From the IMG/VR virus record IMGVR_UViG_3300009008_000004, positions 18,004-82,003 of that record: a stretch of 64,000 bases of DNA, one strand, 5' to 3'. This stretch comes from a virus (taxonomy: Duplodnaviria; Heunggongvirae; Uroviricota; Caudoviricetes). Below the pieces are notes generated by a model, which saw only the letters and a program-made list of their open reading frames with translations, was not told the origin of the DNA and searched no databases. A program made the position numbers and the translations under genes. Shown one piece after another: positions 26,769-35,818 of the stretch; within the stretch, counting starts at the first letter, position 1, and each line of letters starts with the position of its first letter.

Positions 26769-27131
26769 ATGGTGACTCAGAACGAATTGTCCCACAAAGA
26801 GGCGAAGAAGATCGCCGATGCTCTGGCTGCCAAATTCAGGATTGGCCGGAGTACTGAACAGCGGTTGATGGACCGCGAAGGTGCCGAGGTAGATAAAGCC
26901 TTGGCAGGCAAGGCACCCTTCCGATCTATCGTCGCCTTTGCCCACGAAGATGGCTCCATGTGCACATTCACGCACGCGGAGTTAGTCGAACTCAACCAGA
27001 AGTGGGTTGCCATCTTTACGGAACACCACGGATACTTGCTCTATCCCCGGGATGAGCTGACTACCCTAACCGAGTCGGTACACGACGGGGAGGAGGACGT
27101 ATGGAAGTCGAGAAAAGTGTACAGGCGGTAG
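26769..27131 (+). CDS. hypothetical protein, paralog B
   Basis: MVTQNELSHKEAKK...; tandem paralog of preceding gene. Confidence 0.45.
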   Translation: MVTQNELSHKEAKKIADALAAKFRIGRSTEQRLMDREGAEVDKALAGKAPFRSIVAFAHEDGSMCTFTHAELVELNQKWVAIFTEHHGYLLYPRDELTTLTESVHDGEEDVWKSRKVYRR

Positions 27132-27685
27132 AAGTCCTGGCCAAGATTGTCGAAGAGCTTGGGGGACCGGAGAAGCAAGTACTCTGGTCCTCCATCCACG
27201 AGCGTGTACTGAGCTTGGCGGTCTTTGAACTTGTCTGGTGCCTGATTATCGTGCTGATCGGCGGAGGATACTTAGTTTGGCTTTTCGCGCATATGGAGTT
27301 CCTCACCATCATCATGCGGATCTGCGAGAAAGGCCTACTCCTCAACGAGATGGATACCGGGCCCTTCAAGAGTATGGCGTACCTCATAGTACACAGCGCA
27401 ATCGCATTCGTGTGCGCAATAGTTGTCCTAACCAACCTCGGTAAAGCCGTCGATACCGGTTGGAGTATCGCACACCCCGAAGCAGCCGCAATCGAATGGG
27501 TAATCGGGCAGACCGACAAGCTGGTCCCCGACAAGGTGAACTTCAACACCAACGGCATCAAGAACCGTATCAAGGAATACCGAGAGGAAATTCGTGGAGA
27601 AGGGAAGAGTTTGCGCGCGGAAATGCGAGATCTTCGCAAGGAGATGCGTGATCTCTCGAAGAGCGTTCAAAAGACCTGTCGGTAA
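27101..27685 (+). CDS. integral membrane protein
   Basis: multiple hydrophobic helices (VFELVWCLIIVLIGGGYLVWLF; AYLIVHSAIAFVCAIVVL). Confidence 0.5.
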   Translation: MEVEKSVQAVEVLAKIVEELGGPEKQVLWSSIHERVLSLAVFELVWCLIIVLIGGGYLVWLFAHMEFLTIIMRICEKGLLLNEMDTGPFKSMAYLIVHSAIAFVCAIVVLTNLGKAVDTGWSIAHPEAAAIEWVIGQTDKLVPDKVNFNTNGIKNRIKEYREEIRGEGKSLRAEMRDLRKEMRDLSKSVQKTCR

Positions 27686-27765
27686 AACTTGACGGATGGG
27701 GTCCCGGAGATGGAAAATATCAAGTTGAGATATTCCGCTCCGGGGCCTACATCCATGGGGGAACA

Positions 27766-28266
27766 ATGGACTTCATACTTTCATTCATAAAGGGGATAAC
27801 ACTCAAACAATGGGGATGGGGGCTACTTATTGCATTAGCCTTCGTCGGATTCGCGTCCATCGTACTGAGCTTCCGGAGCTGCGGTAATGAAGCGCGCGTT
27901 ATCGTGGGGACTCTCGTTGACTCCCAGGTAAAGGGAGATAAGCTACTCGCCGACTCCGTACATAAGTTACTGGAGAGCCATAAGGCGGTCCTCGCAGAGC
28001 AGGCCAAGCTCGAGAAAGAGTTAGTCGGGCTCCGCCAGGCGTATGACGAAGAGCTCCGCTCGCTCGAGGCCAAGATAGCCAAGAAAGACCAGGCCATCAA
28101 AGAGGAGTTTGCGCAACGGCTCGCCGAGAGGAGCAAACAATTGAGGGACAACTATGAGAAAACACTTTCTGATCCAGCTGCTGCTAGGGATTCTTTTATC
28201 AATTCTCTGCATCTGTGGGACGACCTCTGGAGCCCTGGGGCAGGAGAAACCCCTGCTGGACCCTGA
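27766..28266 (+). CDS. membrane-anchored coiled-coil protein
   Basis: N-terminal TM (WGWGLLIALAFVGFASIVLSF) then helical region. Confidence 0.45.
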   Translation: MDFILSFIKGITLKQWGWGLLIALAFVGFASIVLSFRSCGNEARVIVGTLVDSQVKGDKLLADSVHKLLESHKAVLAEQAKLEKELVGLRQAYDEELRSLEAKIAKKDQAIKEEFAQRLAERSKQLRDNYEKTLSDPAAARDSFINSLHLWDDLWSPGAGETPAGP

Positions 28267-28690
28267 CGGGTTACGTTGGGTACCGAGAGAAAACTGCTTC
28301 TGCATCAACCACCAGCACCTGGCCAAGGCAAGCCATGCGCTGCAGTATGCCAAAGAGAAGCTGACACTGAAGGACGATGAGTTCAAGAAGAGGATTGATG
28401 CCCTCAATATGGGCTCCGAGCTAAAGCTGAAGCTCACCAAAGACCACTGTGACACACAGCTCAACCTTGTTAGGTCCAGTTACCAGAACCAAATGGACCT
28501 GCTCCTTAAGCAGAGCGACACCCTTGTTTCCGATATCACAAGCACCTACAGCGAGCGGTTAAGGGAGGTTTCTTCTCTCGCCGCACCCCAAAAACCATCA
28601 TGGTATCAACACCCCATGTTTTGGGGTATCATAGGGGCCGTAGGCGGTACAGCGCTGGGTATTAGTATTGGCGCTATTATCTGGAAATAA
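28154..28690 (+). CDS. secreted/lipoprotein-like protein with C-terminal TM
   Basis: signal-like MRKHFLIQLLLGILLSILCICG; C-terminal FWGIIGAVGGTALGISIGAIIW; overlaps previous ORF by 113 nt. Confidence 0.4.
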   Translation: MRKHFLIQLLLGILLSILCICGTTSGALGQEKPLLDPDGLRWVPRENCFCINHQHLAKASHALQYAKEKLTLKDDEFKKRIDALNMGSELKLKLTKDHCDTQLNLVRSSYQNQMDLLLKQSDTLVSDITSTYSERLREVSSLAAPQKPSWYQHPMFWGIIGAVGGTALGISIGAIIWK

Positions 28691-28708
28691 CGAATAGGTG
28701 TCGAAATC

Positions 28709-29095
28709 ATGTGGAAGATACTTGCTCAAGCTGCCCCGAACGCGCCGGCTGTGCAGCACATTGCCCCCGTTGCGAATGATGTGAACTGGTGGATTATCGC
28801 CTTAAGTATCGCAGGTGCCACCGCAATGTTCACCTTCGGTTTCAGCAAAGTGATACGGTTTGCCATACAAGGATCCGAGCGAGAAGGAGTATACGAAGTA
28901 ATCGCGCGCGCAATCTTGGTTGCTATCTGCACTGCCGCAGGCGGTATTGCTGGATGGCGTAGCTGGGATCCCTGGCTTGGCGGACTTGCAGGAATGGTAG
29001 GCTCTGGTGCCTCCACAACGATCATGTATTATCTCAATAAAATATTTAGCAGATTCGCAGCCGGTAACGGGAGCAACCGTCCGCCAGCCGCGTAA
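28709..29095 (+). CDS. small integral membrane protein
   Basis: three hydrophobic segments. Confidence 0.5.
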   Translation: MWKILAQAAPNAPAVQHIAPVANDVNWWIIALSIAGATAMFTFGFSKVIRFAIQGSEREGVYEVIARAILVAICTAAGGIAGWRSWDPWLGGLAGMVGSGASTTIMYYLNKIFSRFAAGNGSNRPPAA

Positions 29096-29153
29096 CCCAC
29101 TGACCTAGAAGGAGGTGTTCCATGCTAATGTAGAACAACTACGGAGGCATGAA

Positions 29154-29408
29154 ATGTACCTGCATCGTTATCTATGTGACGTCCTCGAGGAAATGCGCGC
29201 CTGCGCTAAGACCCTCAACTTCGCAGCACTTCCCGGTCTCATCGAAGAAGCCCAAAGTATGGGCAACCGTATGGAAAACGCCCTTTCGCATAAAAACGAT
29301 ATTGAGCGTTACATGAAAGAGACTAAGGAAGCGAAAGCGGAACGCGACGCTTTGCAGGAAGAAGTGAAACAACTCAAGAAGGAGAAGGAGGCACTCCAAG
29401 GGGAATAA
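29154..29408 (+). CDS. hypothetical coiled-coil protein
   Basis: ATG after ACGGAGG RBS; the 29115 GTG alternative seems less likely. Confidence 0.4.
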   Translation: MYLHRYLCDVLEEMRACAKTLNFAALPGLIEEAQSMGNRMENALSHKNDIERYMKETKEAKAERDALQEEVKQLKKEKEALQGE

Positions 29409-29887
29409 TGAAAATCGTATTTTTGGACATAGACGGGGTCCTGGTAAATAAGCAATACAGCGCCCTCCAGGCGAAGGACATGCGGAAATTTGACCCCGAC
29501 TGTGTAAAACAACTCAACAGGCTACTAGAGGCGGGAGACGCAAATGTGGTCGTGTCCAGCACCTGGCGTCTCGGATACACCAGCCTGCAAGACCTACAGC
29601 ACATGCTTTGGGACCAAGGTGTTGCCTGCGACGTCGTAGGGACTACGCCCCAGCTGGATGGTGTTCGCGGGGAAGAAATACAGGAGTGGCTCGATGTATC
29701 CGATTTGGATATTGAGTCCTTCGTTATCCTGGACGACGACAGCGATATGGCCCATCTGCTCCCCTTCCTCGTAAAAACTACCTTCGACCGCGGGCTGATT
29801 GCAGAGCACGTCGACCGCGCCCTCGAGGTACTACGGGGGGACCATGAGGAAACCAAGATCAAACAAACCCTGGAAGACGGAACCTGA
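29408..29887 (+). CDS. HAD-superfamily phosphatase-like protein
   Basis: MKIVFLDIDGVLVN (motif I DxDGxx) and FVILDDDSD (motif IV). Confidence 0.55.
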   Translation: MKIVFLDIDGVLVNKQYSALQAKDMRKFDPDCVKQLNRLLEAGDANVVVSSTWRLGYTSLQDLQHMLWDQGVACDVVGTTPQLDGVRGEEIQEWLDVSDLDIESFVILDDDSDMAHLLPFLVKTTFDRGLIAEHVDRALEVLRGDHEETKIKQTLEDGT

Positions 29888-30269
29888 TAATTGGGCAGGG
29901 GAATACCATGGATTTCCGGTAGCCATCACACGCAACAACCTGTTAGCGTTGTGTGGGTACGTCGGGGTTCCGCCCACCCACAAGCATTTTGGTAAGCACT
30001 ACAACGACCTCTACGAAGAGGACCCGAGTATTGAAGCGCATGGGGGAATTACCTGGTCGGGAGATCTTCCGAAAGAGATTCCCGGGGCCCCTACAGAGGG
30101 GTACTGGTGGTTCGGCTTCGACTGCGCACATACCTGGGATTTTGTCCCTGGGGTGCTGGAGTATGCTTCAAAAGGATTCTCCTCTGCCTACACAAGCTAT
30201 GCTGAATATCGTACGATAGACTTCGTGAAAACCGAACTCGAGTCTCTAGCAAAGCAGCTAAAGGAGTGA
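29844..30269 (+). CDS. hypothetical protein
   Basis: in-frame ATG (MRKPRSNKPW...); overlaps HAD gene end. Confidence 0.4.
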   Translation: MRKPRSNKPWKTEPDNWAGEYHGFPVAITRNNLLALCGYVGVPPTHKHFGKHYNDLYEEDPSIEAHGGITWSGDLPKEIPGAPTEGYWWFGFDCAHTWDFVPGVLEYASKGFSSAYTSYAEYRTIDFVKTELESLAKQLKE

Positions 30270-30272
30270 GTT

Positions 30273-31004
30273 ATGCAGTTCCTGGCAATGTCAGATATCC
30301 ATGTTGAGTTCCACCGAGATAAAGGGAAATCTTTCCTCCGCTCTCTGGATACTCCAGAGGAAGTTGACGCCATCTTGATCGCCGGCGACCTGGGTAACTA
30401 CCCGGTCCTGGCTAATGCTGTGGGATGGCTCTGTGAGAAGGGGCCGCGGATTATCCTGGTTGCCGGGAACCATGACTTCTATTTCTCCTCCTTCAAGAAG
30501 ACCCGCGAACTTTACAAGAGCCTCGAGGAGAAGCACGAGAACTTCACCTTCCTCGATAATTCCTCAACGGAAGTAGAGGGCGTCGCCATCCACGGAACAA
30601 CCCTTTGGTTCCCCGGCGGCCCACAAAACGAGCGATACTCCCGAGGGCTCAATGATTTCGATGTAATCCAGAACTTCCGCCAGCATGTGTACAAGGAGCA
30701 CAAGAAAGCAAAGAAGTTCTTGTGGGATGTGGTCAAGAAAGGGGATGTTGTCCTCACTCACCACGCCCCCAGTGCAAAATCCATCCGTCCGAGGTACGGA
30801 GCCAGTAACATGAACTGCTTCTACTTCGCGGCGATGGACCAACTCATCCACGAAGTACAACCCCTCTTCTGGATTCACGGCCACATGCATACGCACAATG
30901 GCTACTACATCCAGAAGACCGGGGTATACTGTAACGCCTTCGGCTACTTCGGCCGAGAAGACTGCAATCGCACTTTCCGGGAGCGAGAGATCTTCGCTGT
31001 CTAA
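30273..31004 (+). CDS. calcineurin-like metallophosphoesterase
   Basis: MSDIHVEF (motif I), IAGDLGN (II), VAGNHD (III), LTHHAP, IHGHMH (V). Confidence 0.7.
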   Translation: MQFLAMSDIHVEFHRDKGKSFLRSLDTPEEVDAILIAGDLGNYPVLANAVGWLCEKGPRIILVAGNHDFYFSSFKKTRELYKSLEEKHENFTFLDNSSTEVEGVAIHGTTLWFPGGPQNERYSRGLNDFDVIQNFRQHVYKEHKKAKKFLWDVVKKGDVVLTHHAPSAKSIRPRYGASNMNCFYFAAMDQLIHEVQPLFWIHGHMHTHNGYYIQKTGVYCNAFGYFGREDCNRTFREREIFAV

Positions 31005-31018
31005 CCGGACACCCGCCC

Positions 31019-31026
31019 GGGTATAA
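31019..31026 (+). promoter_or_regulatory. GGTATAAG box
   Basis: CCCGGGTATAAGAG 54 nt upstream of ATG 31080. Confidence 0.4.
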
Positions 31027-31079
31027 GAGACTCGTAACCGAACCTGCCGTATTTCTATTGAGCACACAGGAGGGAAAGT

Positions 31080-32942
31080 ATGCTCGCAATTCTTGTTTTG
31101 ATCACCATCGTAGTACTGTGCAGCATTGTCGTACTGTGGAAGTTCCGCTTCACCAAGAAGGAGTACACCGGGGAGACCACCATGGGTGGTTACGAGAAGT
31201 ACAAGACGGTGAAGCACCATCTGCCGCGCAAACTGCAGATCCTCGGAACTGCGCTTGCTATCATCCTATGGGCAGCAACATTTCTCGGAACGACTCTGTA
31301 CGTCGCACCGAAGACGGGGTACCTCGAGTACTCAAAGACATGGGGTGGTGGCTCCATGGGACCGGGGCAGATCGTTGCCTACGACGGAGAGAACGGCCCG
31401 CAAGCAGAAATTCTGCCGCCCGGACCCCACATCCTACCCCCGTGGCAATTCGAGGTCATCGAACGCTCCGACTTCGTAGTCCCTCCGGGCCAGATCGCAG
31501 AGCTGTCGACCAAGGACGGCGAACCACTATCCCCGGGTATGCGCTATGCACCTGAGTGGCAAGAGCTATCTGCCTTCCTCGATGCAGTAAACTTCCTCTC
31601 CTCTGGGAAAGGCTACAAAGGCGACCAAGTCACAATCCTCAAACCTGGTAACTGGAAGTTCAACCAGAACCTGTATGTCGCCGAACTCGCGAATGTTACC
31701 AACGTCCAGGTTGGGCACGTAGCAGTCGTCAAGGCAAACTACGGAGATGTCCCCACGCCGAAGACGATCAAGACCGCGAATATCATGGAAGTCGAGGTCC
31801 CGCTAACCAAGGAAGAGTTGGACATGGCCTACAAGGAGGCCATCGAGCTGGAGACCCAGCGGCAATTGGCTACAGGCATCCCCGCGGACCAGGTCAATGT
31901 AAAGCGGGAAGACGTAAAGGTCAAGAAGTCCAAAGTCATGCTCAAGGAAGTGGAGCAAGAAGTGGACGATCCCCTGGTAGACGTCGGCGAGCGTGGGATC
32001 TGGAGGAAGCCGCTGATCCCCGGAGAGTACTTCATGCACACGAAGGCGCATGAATTCAAGGATATTTTGACCATGAAGGTTCGCGTTGCCTACAGTCCTG
32101 AGGACAAGAAAGAACAGGACAACGTAGCGTTGGACCCAATCATCGTAAGGTCGAAAGATGGCTTTGAGTTCCCCGTCGACGTGCGCGTGGTCTACCATAT
32201 CGAACCCTCCGATGCACCTTGGGTGGTGGCAACCATCGGCGATGACGACTACGTGCTGGACAAAGTCATGACTCCTGCGGTTCGGTCAATCTTCCGAAAC
32301 CTCATGGGACGCTCGAAAGCACTCGACTTCGTAGCCGACCGCGAACTCAAGCAGCGGGAAGCAAAGTCACTGATTGCGAAAAAGTGCGCAGTGCACGGCG
32401 TCACTGTCGATGAAGTGCTGATCGGCCGGGTTGGTGATGATGCTACGCTGGGGGCGCTGATGAAAACGCAGAAGGACCGCGAGATTGCAGTCCAGCAGCA
32501 AGTGACCCTTGGGGTGCAGCAGAAGGCCGCTGAGCAGCAGAAAGAGCTCAGTAAGACCCAACAGGAGGCCGAGGAGGAAAAGTCCCTGGCAAAAGCCGCC
32601 TACGAGGTCCAGAGGGCACAACAGCGCAAGCTCCAGGCCCAAGAAGACGCGGATGCGGAGGCAATCAAGGTGAAGGTCGCAGCAGAGGCTGAAGCTGAGA
32701 AGATCCGAACGATCGCTCGCGCAGAAGCGGATGGCTACACAATGAAGGTCACCGCACTTGGGCGAGACACAGTCCGGACTATCGAGGCCCTGCGCATCGT
32801 TGGGGACGCCAATCTACGGATCACGCCAAACGTCATGGTATCTGGTGGAACCGAGGGAGTCGTCAGCGCACTCGCAGGAACACTCCTCAACAACTTCAAT
32901 GTCGCTGGGAAGGGCACAGGAATGCCCATACCCACCGAGTAG
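31080..32942 (+). CDS. SPFH/band-7 (flotillin-like) membrane protein
   Basis: N-terminal TM helices, SPFH-like core (FEFPVDVRVVYHIEP), long Ala/Glu/Gln-rich flotillin-type coiled coil. Confidence 0.65.
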   Translation: MLAILVLITIVVLCSIVVLWKFRFTKKEYTGETTMGGYEKYKTVKHHLPRKLQILGTALAIILWAATFLGTTLYVAPKTGYLEYSKTWGGGSMGPGQIVAYDGENGPQAEILPPGPHILPPWQFEVIERSDFVVPPGQIAELSTKDGEPLSPGMRYAPEWQELSAFLDAVNFLSSGKGYKGDQVTILKPGNWKFNQNLYVAELANVTNVQVGHVAVVKANYGDVPTPKTIKTANIMEVEVPLTKEELDMAYKEAIELETQRQLATGIPADQVNVKREDVKVKKSKVMLKEVEQEVDDPLVDVGERGIWRKPLIPGEYFMHTKAHEFKDILTMKVRVAYSPEDKKEQDNVALDPIIVRSKDGFEFPVDVRVVYHIEPSDAPWVVATIGDDDYVLDKVMTPAVRSIFRNLMGRSKALDFVADRELKQREAKSLIAKKCAVHGVTVDEVLIGRVGDDATLGALMKTQKDREIAVQQQVTLGVQQKAAEQQKELSKTQQEAEEEKSLAKAAYEVQRAQQRKLQAQEDADAEAIKVKVAAEAEAEKIRTIARAEADGYTMKVTALGRDTVRTIEALRIVGDANLRITPNVMVSGGTEGVVSALAGTLLNNFNVAGKGTGMPIPTE

Positions 32943-33164
32943 CACCAACATCTGCGAAGGGGGCCTGGTTGGCAGGGCCGGGCCCCCTACAGCAGTTTAT
33001 CCCAATTAGATATTCGAGCAGAAGAGGGTAAAGGAGTAGGTGTTGCTGTAAGGATGACAGCAGGAATCTCCTTCAGTATACTACTGCTACTTCAACCAAT
33101 CCGCGTATGGCCGGGAAACTACTCCCGGCTGTGCCGCCTGGGTTGAACGGCGATGGAGGTAACG

Positions 33165-33299
33165 ATGGGAAAGGAAATGTCCACCTATAAGAAACTTATA
33201 CTCGCCGTGAAACTTGCGGCGACGTACTGGTTCTCGATGGGCAAGTTCCCGACCAAGGAGAAGGTGGCAAAGATGGTCCGGGAGAACAAGCGCGGGTAA
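33165..33299 (+). CDS. small hypothetical protein (44 aa)
   Basis: hand-translated ORF MGKEMSTYKKLILAVKLAATYWF...; below ORF-track cutoff. Confidence 0.25.
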   Translation: MGKEMSTYKKLILAVKLAATYWFSMGKFPTKEKVAKMVRENKRG

Positions 33300-33315
33300 A
33301 GCTACGGAGGTGTGT

Positions 33316-33969
33316 ATGCTACACGTTATATTACAACTACTGCTTGCTGTTGGACCAGCCGAAAAAAGCCAGGTGGAGGACCATGTCGTCCGCCAGGTGA
33401 TCGAGACCAACTTCGACTTTGACGAGACTATAGTCGAAGACATCTTCTATGTCGCAGAGAGGGCTGAGGCGGATCCGATGATCTTAGCCTCAGTAGTAAA
33501 CCGGGAAAGCAACGGCCACCGGCAAGCTACACGTTACTGCGCTAAATGGAAGAGGAAGGAGGACGGGAAGCGAACGTGTGTAAAAGAGAAGTCGTGCTAC
33601 ACAAAGTGCGCAACCCGTACGTTCAAAGATGCCAACGGCATCATCCAAAGTGTGTGGAAGAATCGCTTAGATGTAGGGCTCTGGCAACTACGAGACGCAC
33701 CATCCTGGTCGTGGGTAAGGTGGTACCGCAAAAACCATGACCCGAGCATCCCCAAGAAATGCGCGGTCCAGCGAGAGTGCAGCCGAGAGGCCATGGTGCA
33801 TATCGTGAAGTACCTGAAGAAGCGGGCAAGCTATAAGAATTCCCGCAGCTGCCGCAAACCCCTGCACATACCAGAGTACCAATGGATCGCCTACTGGAAC
33901 TGGTGCGGCTCCTACAACAACCACGTCAAAACAGCTATCCGGCTGTGGAAAGAAGCGCTCGCGATGTAA
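33316..33969 (+). CDS. SLT-like lytic transglycosylase (tentative)
   Basis: signal-like N-terminus, VVNRESNGHRQA (catalytic E-S) and DVGLWQL resembling SLT GLMQ motif; RBS GGAGG. Confidence 0.45.
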   Translation: MLHVILQLLLAVGPAEKSQVEDHVVRQVIETNFDFDETIVEDIFYVAERAEADPMILASVVNRESNGHRQATRYCAKWKRKEDGKRTCVKEKSCYTKCATRTFKDANGIIQSVWKNRLDVGLWQLRDAPSWSWVRWYRKNHDPSIPKKCAVQRECSREAMVHIVKYLKKRASYKNSRSCRKPLHIPEYQWIAYWNWCGSYNNHVKTAIRLWKEALAM

Positions 33970-34054
33970 ATCCCCTGCAGTATCGGGAATAAGAGAAGTC
34001 CAATAGGCCCACTAACGGGCAAAGTTCTGTAAACACAGAGAGGTGAAGTACGTC

Positions 34055-34279
34055 ATGACAGACAAGAAGACTATCAAGGTTACCGTGGCGAAGCTGGGTG
34101 CTGACGATGTGATCGTCGAGGTCCCGGATGGATCGGAAGTTTGCAAGGTAGCGGGGCAGTCCGGCCTCGATACCCGTGGTTGCGTGTTCCAGCTCGACGG
34201 CGAGACTGTCGAAGGGACCGAATTGGTTGGTGAGGGCCAGATCCTCCAACTCGTCCCCCGCGTCGAGGGAGGGGAATAA
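34055..34279 (+). CDS. ubiquitin-like beta-grasp protein (ThiS/MoaD-like) with C-terminal GG-E
   Basis: 74 aa, KVTVAKLG...VEVPDGSEV...GQILQLVPRVEGGE: size, alternation and penultimate Gly-Gly typical of Ubl precursors. Confidence 0.6.
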   Translation: MTDKKTIKVTVAKLGADDVIVEVPDGSEVCKVAGQSGLDTRGCVFQLDGETVEGTELVGEGQILQLVPRVEGGE

Positions 34280-34303
34280 GAACGTGCGGGTGGGCTGCTC
34301 AAA

Positions 34304-34320
34304 ATATCTCGATTAGATAA
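34304..34320. promoter_or_regulatory. quasi-palindromic operator-like site ATATCTCGATTAGATAA
   Basis: reverse complement of the 11234-11250 site; just upstream of E2-like gene RBS. Confidence 0.45.
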
Positions 34321-34351
34321 TTGGGCAGCCTGCCCAACAAGGAGGAACCAG

Positions 34352-35818
34352 GTGGCATACCAGTACAAAACCAACTACAAAGAGCTGGATGAAGCTCTCA
34401 CGACAGAGGCGGAAGTACTTGGGGCGTATATCATCCCCAGATTCGTTGACGTAAACGGGGCAGCCGACGTACACCACAAGCAAGCAGGGATCCCAAAAGC
34501 ACCTGCGGTATTCCTTGCTATCCAGCAGTATGACGTAGGAAATCCCATCTCAGAGGCGCGATTGCGTGTGCGGGGCGAAGACCTCACACTCACGAAGCCC
34601 ATACGCCCAACAAAGACGCCGGGGGTACCGATCGTTGTTAACAACGGCAAAAAACATGGTACCATAACCATCGGCTCGGTCTACGAGAACACGGTCTACC
34701 TCAACTTCAACCTGCCGAACTTTATCAACGCCAAGCGCTACACCAGAACTGCGCGGGGGAAAACGGGCAACACCGATGGCAGCTTCTTACCCAAACTATT
34801 CGCCCAGCACCTCCGTCCAGCATTCCAACTCGCGGCCAAGTTCGACGAAGGCTACAGCTACGCCGACGAAAAGAGAGTCCACGTCCAGAATGTGCTAAAG
34901 ACTCAAAAGACGGTCAAGAAAGAGCTTGAGCGCAAAATCTCCGTCCAAAGGAGGTCTATCGCCAACCACATCCAGGCAATCGAACAAGCAACCTCTAGGC
35001 TGGGAGAGATGCAACAGACGCTTGCCGGCCTCGAGGCCGACCAGGTGAAGCTTGCGAAAAAGGGGGAGACTCGCTTCCGCATCTTCAACAGCTTGTGGGG
35101 TAATGGCATTCACGATCTACGGATCGAGCCCACGCACATCATATTCCTCACAGCCCCGATCTTCTCCGAAGGGCTACCTTTCGGGCGCTTCTGGGTAACT
35201 ATCCCGCGGGGCGCAGACCGTCAGTACTCCAATATCACGATCAAGGCAGAAAACAACACCTACAACATAGGCGGATACGTACACCCACACATCCACGAGA
35301 ATGGGAGTATTTGCTGGGGCACAGCCGGCACGGTTATTGCGCAATTCCGCGGGCGGGGACAAGAGATCGAATGTATCCCCATTATCCTGGAGTACCTCCG
35401 GACCTACCATCATGACCACCAGTACCGCGCCATTGAGTACTGGGACGAGAAATTCGGTAAAAAGGGGGATAAAAAGCGAACTGACCGTGGTTCTCGCTGG
35501 CGTGAGTGTTACAGTAAGGTTACAGATCCGTACGAGTGTGCAGGATGCTTTGCCCCGGAATGCCCTTACCGGGACGGTGCCGAAGATCGTTGCTACAGGC
35601 AGCGGAACAAGAAGCAGGAGTACATTCGGTGTATGCAGTGTAAGGCCTGCAATAACTGGAAACACGCCAAAGCTGCCTGCCGGAAAAACCATCAGCAGGA
35701 CAGGAAGGATTGCGTGGGCTGCCCAGTAACATCATGTACCTACGCCGAGCCTGAGAAAGTGGCAAAAGCCCGCAAACCCAGACGGAAAACGGCTAAAGGG
35801 AGGACTAAGGCCGCATGA
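34352..35818 (+). CDS. E2 (UBC)-like ubiquitin-conjugating domain protein with N-terminal extension and Cys-rich C-terminus
   Basis: GTG start 7 nt after AAGGAGG; GGYVHPHIHENGSICWGTAG matches E2 HPN-x-x-x-x-G-x-I-C active-site signature; C-terminal 100 aa has 14 Cys (Zn-binding-like). Confidence 0.6.
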   Translation: MAYQYKTNYKELDEALTTEAEVLGAYIIPRFVDVNGAADVHHKQAGIPKAPAVFLAIQQYDVGNPISEARLRVRGEDLTLTKPIRPTKTPGVPIVVNNGKKHGTITIGSVYENTVYLNFNLPNFINAKRYTRTARGKTGNTDGSFLPKLFAQHLRPAFQLAAKFDEGYSYADEKRVHVQNVLKTQKTVKKELERKISVQRRSIANHIQAIEQATSRLGEMQQTLAGLEADQVKLAKKGETRFRIFNSLWGNGIHDLRIEPTHIIFLTAPIFSEGLPFGRFWVTIPRGADRQYSNITIKAENNTYNIGGYVHPHIHENGSICWGTAGTVIAQFRGRGQEIECIPIILEYLRTYHHDHQYRAIEYWDEKFGKKGDKKRTDRGSRWRECYSKVTDPYECAGCFAPECPYRDGAEDRCYRQRNKKQEYIRCMQCKACNNWKHAKAACRKNHQQDRKDCVGCPVTSCTYAEPEKVAKARKPRRKTAKGRTKAA

